Assembly (NCBI GenBank): GCA_963678065.2
Contig: CAXXVZ010000004.1
Location: 96,001-160,000, forward strand
Length of the DNA stretch: 64,000 bases
DNA from: Treponemataceae bacterium
GTDB lineage: Bacteria; Spirochaetota; Spirochaetia; Treponematales; Rectinemataceae
Direction of reading: 5' to 3'
Shown one piece after another: positions 18,277-26,770 of the stretch. The notes beneath the pieces are model-generated. The model was not told the origin of the DNA, ran no database searches, and was given only the letters and a program-made list of their open reading frames with translations. Both the position numbers and the translations under genes were made by a program. The stretch's first letter is position 1. Each line of letters starts with the position of its first letter.

Positions 18277-19008
18277 CTATGAGATTGCCTTGAAACAGGA
18301 GTAACACAGCGGCTTCATCATTGTTGAAGGTGCTTCTTTTCCGCATTTATGACAGAACTTCTCTTTATATTCAGGATTTGAAAATCTTTCCCAACTTTTA
18401 TAACAATCTGGACAATACGGCTGTTCCATTCTATGTTTTATATCCGCTTTGCATCGAATGCAATATCCGGTTGAAGCCTGCGATTTCCTGGGGACAAAAG
18501 CCTCTCGTTTTGCAAAGCTCTCTCTTTTCATAAAAGCATCTTTAATTTCACTTAGTCCTGGTTCAATTTCCTGATGTATCCATTCGCGAACTTCTGCATG
18601 CAGTTTATTACCTTCAGGAATAAACATCCCGATTTCTGTACTCTTTTCAAAGGAACCATCAACCAAATTTGCAGATGTTAAAATACATCCATGCTCTGAA
18701 AACCAGTATACCTTCGCGTGAAGTCTTGTAAATGCATACAGATTCAAACCATGACCGATTGCTTCCTCAAGGTCGGCTTTTGCTGCGTTCACCTGGTCAG
18801 GTTCATTCCTGATGACGAATGAAATTCTCGCCCCTCGCCGGGCAGCTTCCGCGATAGCTCTACGCTGACTTCCCAATGATTTCATAGTAGCAAAAGGGGT
18901 TATGATCCATGCTTCATGACCTTCTTCAGTATCATGTAATAGATCATTCAGACATACTTCAACGTCCCGAGTATTGAGTAGCTCAGGAGCACTTCCTAAT
19001 CCAAACAT
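18277..19008 (-). CDS. PLD-superfamily (single HxK) nuclease-like protein with C-terminal Cys-rich zinc ribbon
   Basis: ITPF, RLHAKVY, ILTSANL, STEIG; C-terminal CIRC, CPDC, CHKC, CYSC; GAGGTG RBS. Confidence 0.75.
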   Translation of the reverse strand: MFGLGSAPELLNTRDVEVCLNDLLHDTEEGHEAWIITPFATMKSLGSQRRAIAEAARRGARISFVIRNEPDQVNAAKADLEEAIGHGLNLYAFTRLHAKVYWFSEHGCILTSANLVDGSFEKSTEIGMFIPEGNKLHAEVREWIHQEIEPGLSEIKDAFMKRESFAKREAFVPRKSQASTGYCIRCKADIKHRMEQPYCPDCYKSWERFSNPEYKEKFCHKCGKEAPSTMMKPLCYSCFKAIS

Positions 19009-19144
19009 GAGTCACCTCAACCAAGTATTTATTTACGCAAAAAATGTATCCAACTTTTTATATTGTGATGTCAATCAAAAAGCATGCTGTTTTCACATGG
19101 TTATTCAATATTCCGCTATATCACCATAACGGATGTTTGCTTTT

Positions 19145-19321
19145 TTAATACAGATGTGCATGAAGCCATCCATAGACCTTGCCGACGACCTCCACAGTCT
19201 GCCCATCAGCCGACTCCACCCGATCCGGATACCGCGGATTCTCCGACATGATCCGGAGCTTCCTGGATATCTCGTCGAACGCGATACTCTTCACGATGAG
19301 GATATCCTTTACCCGTTGGAC
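19145..19321 (-). pseudogene. Orphan copy of the 3' end of the XRE-S24 repressor gene
   Basis: 177-bp ungapped direct repeat of 21410-21586; encodes VQRVKDILIVKSIAFDEISRKLRIMSENPRYPDRVESADGQTVEVVGKVYGWLHAHLY*. Confidence 0.9.
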
Positions 19322-19873
19322 AATGCGGCAAAAAGCAAAGCATTAGCCCATTGAAACGTAGTTATCACCAAAATCAAAGCCAACTTCGCTATAGCCGCTT
19401 GTACAGCTATCATAGAAATGTTTTCCACCTGTCTTATTGTTTATTGCGCAAAGCATACCGTTATCAATTATAATAGTATAATTCTTATAGTTCATATATA
19501 ACGATTCAATTATAAAAGCTTCCTGAGGCTCAATCCTAATGATTAAATGTATCTTGCTTTCATTTTCTTCTATTCTGATTCTCGTTCCAACCTGCTCGAT
19601 ATCCCAAGCCCCGTTATATGCAATCCACTCATTTTCTACAATTTTAAGAGAACAATTTCCGTTCGAATAATAGAAATTCCCAGACAAGCGGTACGGAGCC
19701 CCTGGCTCTTCCGGGGTATCAATCTTGATTAGGGGCTGACCGCATACTCTTATCGGTATACGACAATGTGAAGAAATATTATTACCAAAACGTACTAATG
19801 GGTATTTTGCAGAAAAGTCAAAAGATTCATGGATGAATCCTTGAGTCTTGCATTTGGGATTACTATTTGCAGC

Positions 19874-21018
19874 TAGTGTTCCGTCTTTTACAGATTGCCT
19901 AATAGCCCTTGGCAGTTGCAATGCTCGAAGAAATTTGTTCAGCAGATTTTACCCATTTGAATTTACGACCTGATGTATTCCAGCCTTTGATGAAATCGTC
20001 TATCGCCTTTTCAAGTTCATCAACACTGGTCCAACTATCGCGCCGAATTCGCTTAGTGGTGATTTCTCCAAACCAGCGTTCAACAAGATTCAGCCATGAA
20101 GAATGTGTCGGTATGAAGTGCTCAACAAATCGACCATTCATCGAATCCAGATATTTCCTGACCTCTTGAGTTTTATGTGCAGAATAATTATCCGCAACGA
20201 TATGAAGCGTCTTTCCCTTAGGGCTCTTGCGATTGACCATCTTCAAGAAAGAAATATAGTCAGCTGCCTTGTGTTGTTCCTTGCAGTCGCCGATTACTTT
20301 CCCGCTCACGACATTTAATGCTGCAAAAAGCGTTGTTGTACCATGGCGATAGTAGTCGTGAGATTGACGTTCAGGAACACCGGGAAGCAACGGTAGAATC
20401 GGCTGCGATCGCTCTACGGCTTGAATCTGTGATTTCTCGTCCACACAAAGAACTATCGAGTTCTCGGGAGGATTGAGATACAAGCCGACGACATCTTCCA
20501 GCTTCTTTTCAAAATCAGGATCGGTGCTGAATTGAAAATGCTTCACCAGATGGGGCTTTAGTCCTCGTTCGCGAAGAATGGTATTCACCGAGGAATGCCC
20601 TATGCCAAGTTTTTTTGCCAACTCTCTCGTACTCCAATGCGTTCCCTGTTCAGGTTTTTCATTGCAGACAAGCGTACAAAGCTCATTCTTTACTTCGATT
20701 GGAATTGGCTGTTTCCCTGGTTTTCTTGTTTTGTCAGTGAGTAAGGACTTTAATCCGCCCTCATTGTACCGGTGGACATACCGGCTCACCGTGACATTAT
20801 TAATCCCAAGAAACGCTGCTGTGTCGTTCGTTGATCGGTTATGGGCTCTGCTTAGGACGGTTTGAAGACGTACAGCATATTTGTGCTGAATATCCCCGAT
20901 AGCTAAAATCTTTTCCATAAGGATAACGTCTTCTTTGGTCGTGTTCGGTTTTACTTCTTTCGCCATGTGGTAAGTATAGCATACTTTTATTAGGTTGTCT
21001 GTATTGGACAGTACACTA
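19874..21018 (-). mobile_element. IS630-family element, copy 2 (1145 bp including both TA)
   Basis: Same termini and same transposase sequence as copy 1, opposite orientation, CTAG target. Confidence 0.92.
19899..20966 (-). CDS. IS630 transposase
   Basis: Protein identical to 16537-17604. Confidence 0.95.
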   Translation of the reverse strand: MAKEVKPNTTKEDVILMEKILAIGDIQHKYAVRLQTVLSRAHNRSTNDTAAFLGINNVTVSRYVHRYNEGGLKSLLTDKTRKPGKQPIPIEVKNELCTLVCNEKPEQGTHWSTRELAKKLGIGHSSVNTILRERGLKPHLVKHFQFSTDPDFEKKLEDVVGLYLNPPENSIVLCVDEKSQIQAVERSQPILPLLPGVPERQSHDYYRHGTTTLFAALNVVSGKVIGDCKEQHKAADYISFLKMVNRKSPKGKTLHIVADNYSAHKTQEVRKYLDSMNGRFVEHFIPTHSSWLNLVERWFGEITTKRIRRDSWTSVDELEKAIDDFIKGWNTSGRKFKWVKSAEQISSSIATAKGY

Positions 21019-21409
21019 GCTCTGACTGTAATGATATCTTTCCCTTTGTAATTTTCGAATGACAATTCGGACATACTAGAGCCATCTTGTCTGGGTCATG
21101 TTTTCTTGCTTGTGGAAACCGCGGGTCTATATGATGATATTCATAAAGTGCAGAACCACAAAATATACATCCAAACCCGCTTTTTTTACGAATAGCTCGC
21201 ATTATATCGTCCTCGATCTTTCTAGGAAGCCCAAACTGGTTAGTTTTTTTCTTGCTCAACTAGAGCCTCCTAGTAGATAAGTATTGAATATAAAAGAGTT
21301 TCCTAATGTGCAAAAAGAAAACACCAAGAGAAAAATATTTGCGAATATTTCGATTTTTCTATATCTAAATTCTGGTTTTTCATCAACATACTTCTCTTCT
21401 GATGGGGCT

Positions 21410-22033
21410 TTAGTATGGGTGTGCATGAAGCCATCCATAGACCTTCCCGACGACCTCCACAGTCTGCCCATCGGCCGACTCTACCCTGTCCGGATACCGC
21501 GGGTTCTCCGACATGATCCTGAGCTTCCTGGATATCTCGTCGAACTCGACCCTCTTCACGATGAGGGTGTCGTTCACCCGAAGGACGTAGATCCCATCTC
21601 CCCGGATCGAGCCAGGGACGAATACGATCATGTCCCCATCGAAAAGCTGTATGCCCGTCATGGAATCGCCGCGGACCTCGAGTGCCCGCGCGGTCGAAGG
21701 ATCTGCGCCCCGGAGCATACGGCGAAGGAAGGGAATCGATTTCACTGCCTCCGTTGATTCAACAAACTCCTGGCCATTCCCGGCCGCGACTCTCTGGTCC
21801 AGGACCATGATTCGGCAAATTTCAGGATCGTCTTCCTGACACTCGATGCCCTGCACTCTGGCTTGATGCCCGTTTTCTCCAGTGATGAGGTATTCGACTG
21901 TTACCCCAAGTGCTCTCGCAATTGCAGCAGCTTCGTTGGCACGCGGGAACCTTTTTGCGGACTTATAAGAAGCTAGCGTAGACGGTCCTATTTTTGCTGC
22001 GACCGCTACAGCAAGATCTTTCCCCCTGAGGCT
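21410..22033 (-). CDS. XRE-HTH + S24 peptidase (cI/LexA-like) repressor; 5' start unresolved, possibly a pseudogene
   Basis: Open frame extends to 22033 with HTH (PSTLASYK...FPRANEAAAIARALGVTVEYLITGE), VAAG cleavage site, VRGDSM (Ser), LIVKRV (Lys); no in-frame ATG before the HTH. Confidence 0.75.
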   Translation of the reverse strand, partial: SLRGKDLAVAVAAKIGPSTLASYKSAKRFPRANEAAAIARALGVTVEYLITGENGHQARVQGIECQEDDPEICRIMVLDQRVAAGNGQEFVESTEAVKSIPFLRRMLRGADPSTARALEVRGDSMTGIQLFDGDMIVFVPGSIRGDGIYVLRVNDTLIVKRVEFDEISRKLRIMSENPRYPDRVESADGQTVEVVGKVYGWLHAHPY

Positions 22034-22218
22034 TCATATCTTTGCCAAAACTCTGTTGCGTCGGCGCTTTTTCCTCTACCCATACGGTTATTATCGTTTG
22101 TTTTTCCGAATAAATACGAATAATTACGATTGATAGGTTCCCAATACTTCTCCCGGATTTCGTGGCACACCAGCGGTTGTTAGAATTTGAAAAAATCATC
22201 TTTCGTAATCATTTTCAA

Positions 22219-22830
22219 GTCACATACCACCAGCATAGCCGGTGGTATAAGGAAGCCTCCTTAAAGGGGGCAGTTATGAAATAATCTCTTCCAGGTTCAA
22301 CGTTCCCTGTTGTTGATTCTCAAGCTTTTTTTCTTAATATACTCTCGTATTTGCTCTTCATTGAGACCTACTGTGCTTACGCAATACCCTCTACTCCAGA
22401 AGTTCTTGTTCGTAAATCCCTTTTTTATCCCTAGCATTTCCCGATGTATTCGTATTGCACTCTTCCCTTTCAAGTATCCTATTACCATTGCGATACAACA
22501 TTTCGGTGGCACAGACAAACACACATGCACATGGTCAGGCATCGCATGCCCTTCAAGTATTTCGATTCCTTTATACATACACAACTCACGTAGTATTTTA
22601 CCAATTCTTTTTCGTATCTTACCATAGAGCATTTTCTTTCTATACTTGGGGATGATCACTACGTGATACTTACACTCCCACTTCGTGTGTGCTAGACTTT
22701 GCCAATCCACTTGGTACTCCTTTGGTTGCCTTTATCAGGGGGCTTCCTCAGGGGTACCTTGTTTTATTTCGCTCTACTCGGCATAGCCTTTTTTTGTCAC
22801 ACCGGCATAGCCGGTGGGTTACGTCTTTTA
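22219..22830 (-). mobile_element. IS200-type element (tnpA only)
   Basis: Near-identical subterminal hairpins accaccagcatagccggtggt (about 22226-22246) and caccggcatagccggtg (22800-22816) flanking a Y1 transposase; exact ends approximate. Confidence 0.8.
22297..22710 (-). CDS. tnpA: IS200/IS605 Y1 (HUH) transposase
   Basis: KYHVVIIPKYRKK, PDHVHV (HUH), LKGKSA, FWSRGY, IREYI. Confidence 0.93.
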   Translation of the reverse strand: MDWQSLAHTKWECKYHVVIIPKYRKKMLYGKIRKRIGKILRELCMYKGIEILEGHAMPDHVHVCLSVPPKCCIAMVIGYLKGKSAIRIHREMLGIKKGFTNKNFWSRGYCVSTVGLNEEQIREYIKKKSLRINNRER

Positions 22831-22872
22831 TTAACTATACCGCTTACTGTACAACGCCAGGAGAGGATCGAC

Positions 22873-24132
22873 ATGAATCCCTCGCCCGCATCGCAAACAC
22901 GCCCTCATTCGCTCATCCCCTTCGCATTTATAACCCGGTTCCTTCAGTGGGGTACACTCGGTTTCCTCATTCCGGTCTCGGGGCTCATCAAGCTCTCAAA
23001 AGGACTTTCCATCGCCGAACTCGGTTTCTGCGGGGCGATAGCCTCGGGCACAATCGTGCTCCTTGAAGTGCCGACCGGCGTATTCGCGGACAGATTCGGC
23101 CGGAAGCGGACCTATCTCCTGTCCCTGGCCTTCACGGTGGCCGCGTGCCTCGTCATCCTCGCGGGGGGTGGATTTTTCCTTGTGGCCACCGGCTTCATCC
23201 TGTTCGGCGTTGCCCGCGCGCTGTCCTCGGGCTCGCTGGAAGCCCTGCTCATCGACCGCTATATCGAGCGGCGCGGGGAGGATAGCCTGGCGCGCTTCAT
23301 GTCGACGACCAACGCGGCAGACACGGCGGGGCTCGCGCTGGGCTCCCTCGCGGGTGGAGTGGTGCCAGCTCTCTGGAAGGGCCTTATGCCGGAAGCGAAT
23401 CGCTATCACGGCAATATTCTGGCGATGATCGCGATGACAGCGATTCTCGCGCTGACCGTCCTTGTAGGCGTGGAAGAGGATCACAGAACGTCCTCGGCGA
23501 AAGTCCCCTTGCGGTCCTTCCTGCGCGAATCCGTCACTTTCGTGCGGGGCAGCAGGACACTCATTTTCCTTATGGTCTCGATGACAGCCTGGGGCTTCGC
23601 CTTTTCCTCCATCGAGACCTATTGGCAGCCACGCCTGGCCACGATCATGGGGTCCGACGCGTCGGGCTGGATATTCGGCACCCTCTCCGCGGGCTATTTC
23701 CTCTTCGCCCTCCTCGGCAGCCTCGCCGCTCCCGGGGCACTCGGAAAAACACAAATCAGCCCCTACTCATTTCTCCTGATAACACGCCTTATGACGGCCG
23801 CTTTCGTGCTCATCTTGTCTTTCCAGAACACCGTTCCGGGATTCTCGGTTTTCTACTTGCTCATGTTTTTCTGGAACGGACTCTCGAATCCGCCGGAGAG
23901 CACGCTGCTCAACAGGGCGATCCCTCCGGATCGGCGGGCCTCATTGCTTTCCATGGCATCGCTGGCCGTACAGCTCGGCGGACTCGCAGGATCGGCTGTG
24001 TTCGGCGCCGTGGCGGGAGGGATCTCCATCGAGGCAGCCTGGATCATCGCCGCGGTGGTGTTCGGAGCATCGGCCTGCCTCTATATCCCCCTGCGCGCCC
24101 AGAATGAGGGAAAAAACAGCCGTCGAACGTAA
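22873..24132 (+). CDS. MFS transporter
   Basis: LEVPTGVFADRFGRK motif A, about 12 TM segments. Confidence 0.88.
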   Translation: MNPSPASQTRPHSLIPFAFITRFLQWGTLGFLIPVSGLIKLSKGLSIAELGFCGAIASGTIVLLEVPTGVFADRFGRKRTYLLSLAFTVAACLVILAGGGFFLVATGFILFGVARALSSGSLEALLIDRYIERRGEDSLARFMSTTNAADTAGLALGSLAGGVVPALWKGLMPEANRYHGNILAMIAMTAILALTVLVGVEEDHRTSSAKVPLRSFLRESVTFVRGSRTLIFLMVSMTAWGFAFSSIETYWQPRLATIMGSDASGWIFGTLSAGYFLFALLGSLAAPGALGKTQISPYSFLLITRLMTAAFVLILSFQNTVPGFSVFYLLMFFWNGLSNPPESTLLNRAIPPDRRASLLSMASLAVQLGGLAGSAVFGAVAGGISIEAAWIIAAVVFGASACLYIPLRAQNEGKNSRRT

Positions 24133-24219
24133 ACGGTCGCCCGCGCGGGCGCGGCGACCCGCGGAGGATGAAACCCGCCTGCGAACCATTCCCAGAGTGG
24201 GTTCGAGCCACTTTCCGTA

Positions 24220-26622
24220 TCACAGATTCTTCAGAAACAGCTCCACGACGCGGGGATCGAAGTGGCTTCCGGACAAGGACTCGATGTGGGTCATCACTTT
24301 TTTCTCGGGCCACGCGGCCCGGTATGGGCGATCGGAGCGAAGTGCGTCCCAGACATCCACCACGGCGAATATGCGGGCGGCGAGCGGAATTTCTTCGCCT
24401 TTGAGTCCGCGGGGATAGCCAGTACCATCCCATTTCTCGTGATGGCAATAAGGAATGTCCAGAGCGTGGCTGAGGTACTGTATGGGTGAAAGCAATTCAT
24501 AGGCATACACCGGGTGTTTTTTCATCATCACCCATTCCTCTTCGGTCAGCGGCCCCGGCTTCAGGAGGATGGCGTCGGGCACGCCCATTTTCCCGATATC
24601 GTGCAGGAGAGCGCCCCTCTGAATCTGTACCGTTTCCTCATCACCGAAGCCCATCGCGCGGGCGAGCCTGACCGTCATCTCCGTCACGCGGATAGTGTGC
24701 CCTTCGGTCTCTTTGTCTCGCAGGTCGAGCGCGCGGGACCATCCCTGGATGGTGGCATCGTAGGCGGCGGTCAGTTCCGAGTTCGAGCGCTGCAGGCTGT
24801 CGAACAGGGTAGAATTATCGATTGCTATCGCAGCCTGCTTGGCCAGGGACCTGAAGAAGTCGAGCCATTCGTCGTCCGGGACGAGAGGGGAACGGTTGAA
24901 CACCTCCAGCACGCCCTGTATCTGGTCTTTTGCAACGAGGGGAATCCCATAGTACGTGACAAAATCCTCTCCTGCCAACAGATGAGTCAGAAGCTGATCG
25001 CTGGGTTCTTCGAGTTTGTCGACATGGACGAGACAGCGTTCGGCTGCGGCGATTCCGGCATGGCCTTCTCCCAGCCGGAATTGCAGGCCCTTTGCAGCCA
25101 CGCCGCGGAAACCGAGGCCGGAAGCGTGCCGAAGGCTCCGGGAAGAGGGATCGAAGAGCAGTACATCGGCGGCGTCCACACTCAACTGTCTGACGATGTG
25201 GGCAAGGATGGTCGCCAGGATGAAGGGCAGATCGAGGCTGGTGGAGATGGCGGAATCGATTTCGCTCAGGGCCGACAGTTTTTTTAGGCGGCGGATGTTT
25301 TCTTCACGCAGACCCATCCTGTGGATGGACGAGGAGGCCTGCTCCGCGATGCTCCGGGCCATGCGTATCTTCTGCGTCGTGAAGGACTCCCTCTCTTTGT
25401 TCCGGGCCTCGCCCAGCATCAGTATTCCAGGGCTGTTTTTCAGATGCTGGCCCCCGTCGACTCCTCTGAGGGGCACGAGGCAGATGGACTTGACGTGATC
25501 GAGGAGGAGAACCGATCGCTCGAAAGGCCCGATCGAGGGATCATCGGCGTCGAGCACGACAGGTTCGTCCTGCTTCAGGATATCGAGGCAGACAGGCAAC
25601 CTTGTGACAGAATAGCGGAAACCGACAAACAGCTCATGATCCAGAGCGCGGACCGGGTAGGCGGACTTTATCACCAGCTCGTTTCCGTCGAGATAGGCGA
25701 TCCTCGAAAAAGTGGTGTGGACATCCTCCACCGAGCACCGTGTCACGATGGCGAAAATCTGATTCAGATTCTCCGCTTCCGCCAGGGCGCGCGAGAGCTC
25801 GTACAACTTCGCGAGCTCGAAGTTGCTGATCTGAACCTCGGTCTCCATGCGCTTCCGCTCCGTGATGTCGGAGGCTATGCCGTCGACGACGGTGTCGTCA
25901 CCCATGACTGATATCTTGATGGAGTGGTCCCGGAACCAGTGTTCAGTGCCGCTCTTGTCGTGGATCCGGTATTCGAGGTCGTAGGAATTGCCGCGGGAAC
26001 ATTCCGCGATGGCCGCGTCGAATCGGAGGCGATCATCGGCATGTATCGAGGATCTCCAGATTCCGGGATCGGCGATGAGTGCTTCGCCGGTATATCCCAG
26101 GATGGGCTCCACCTGCGGCGAATAGAACAGGCCACTGCGGTACAGGGAGAAAGTATAGATTATGTGCGGGATGTTATCGATCAGATTCCGGTACTGAGCC
26201 TCCCGTTCACGCAGCGAGTTCTCCGCTCTTCTGTGCTCTCGCCGCATCTGCGCCTCGTAAAGTTCCCGCTTCACTACCGGGGCCAAACGGGTAAGTCTCT
26301 CTTTCATGAGATAGTCCTGGGCGCCCAGCTTCATGAGCTCGACGGCTGTCTCTTCTCCCACCGTGCCGGACACGACGATGAAGGGTATATCCAGACCGGT
26401 GGCTTTCTTGACCGCGAGCGCTCCGTGAGCGCTGAAACTCGGCAGACTGCAATCGGAGATCACGACATCCCAGTCATTCCGTCCCAGGGCTTCTTTCATC
26501 GATTCGGCGGTCTGGACTCTTTCGGCCGTCACCGAAAAACCTGCGCTCTCCAAGTTGAGGAGAATCAGATCCGCGTCGGATTCGGAGTCTTCGACAATGA
26601 GGACACGCAGAGGTATTGCCAT
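24220..26622 (-). CDS. REC-PAS-GAF-GAF-HD-GYP cyclic-di-nucleotide phosphodiesterase / response regulator
   Basis: LIVEDS..VISD receiver domain, PAS (IHADD...DITERK), LLHDIGK, HHEKWDGTGYP. Confidence 0.9.
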   Translation of the reverse strand: MAIPLRVLIVEDSESDADLILLNLESAGFSVTAERVQTAESMKEALGRNDWDVVISDCSLPSFSAHGALAVKKATGLDIPFIVVSGTVGEETAVELMKLGAQDYLMKERLTRLAPVVKRELYEAQMRREHRRAENSLREREAQYRNLIDNIPHIIYTFSLYRSGLFYSPQVEPILGYTGEALIADPGIWRSSIHADDRLRFDAAIAECSRGNSYDLEYRIHDKSGTEHWFRDHSIKISVMGDDTVVDGIASDITERKRMETEVQISNFELAKLYELSRALAEAENLNQIFAIVTRCSVEDVHTTFSRIAYLDGNELVIKSAYPVRALDHELFVGFRYSVTRLPVCLDILKQDEPVVLDADDPSIGPFERSVLLLDHVKSICLVPLRGVDGGQHLKNSPGILMLGEARNKERESFTTQKIRMARSIAEQASSSIHRMGLREENIRRLKKLSALSEIDSAISTSLDLPFILATILAHIVRQLSVDAADVLLFDPSSRSLRHASGLGFRGVAAKGLQFRLGEGHAGIAAAERCLVHVDKLEEPSDQLLTHLLAGEDFVTYYGIPLVAKDQIQGVLEVFNRSPLVPDDEWLDFFRSLAKQAAIAIDNSTLFDSLQRSNSELTAAYDATIQGWSRALDLRDKETEGHTIRVTEMTVRLARAMGFGDEETVQIQRGALLHDIGKMGVPDAILLKPGPLTEEEWVMMKKHPVYAYELLSPIQYLSHALDIPYCHHEKWDGTGYPRGLKGEEIPLAARIFAVVDVWDALRSDRPYRAAWPEKKVMTHIESLSGSHFDPRVVELFLKNL

Positions 26623-26770
26623 GTACTTTCCACCTTGACCATGCTGCGATAGTACCGTCAGTCACTTTGAATGTAAACTGTGATTTTTGCATGATAACCT
26701 GCGGCACTCGGACGTAAGAAGTCCTAAAAGCCCGATGAAATGTATCCGCGATTCGGTCTATGATGAGCGC

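Larger units (their letters stand above)
13906..18282 (+). pseudogene. Beta-class N6/N4 DNA methyltransferase, disrupted
   Basis: 5' part IPDGSIDLILTDPPYG...MWKEFN (frameshift near 13970) is cut by IS21 at 14082, resumes RILKPSG at 17669, second frameshift after HPTQK near 18060, then VLDPFMGSGTT to stop at 18282. Confidence 0.85.
19343..21259 (-). pseudogene. HNH endonuclease-domain protein (257 aa when restored), interrupted by IS630
   Basis: TTG start with AGGAGG RBS; GCIFCG..YEYHHIDP..CPNCHSK; removing the IS joins ...QSEL|AANSNPKCK... in frame. Confidence 0.85.
11220..22830. mobile_element. Decayed prophage-like genomic island at tRNA-Pro
   Basis: Integrase next to tRNA, lower GC than flanks, XRE-S24 repressor, phage-type MTase, four IS copies; right boundary approximate, no attR found. 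Confidence 0.7.

Noticed and set aside
13906..19008. Type II restriction-modification pair (MTase + PLD nuclease)
   Set aside because: The MTase is a phage-type gene with three lesions while the nuclease is intact, which argues against a cognate protective pair; not fully excluded.
16485..21018. Composite transposon formed by the two IS630 copies
   Set aside because: Each copy has its own restorable empty site (IS21 end; HNH gene), so the enclosed DNA did not arrive as a unit.
22219..22830. TnpB/omegaRNA system associated with the IS200/IS605 element
   Set aside because: The element is about 0.6 kb with tnpA only; there is no room for tnpB.
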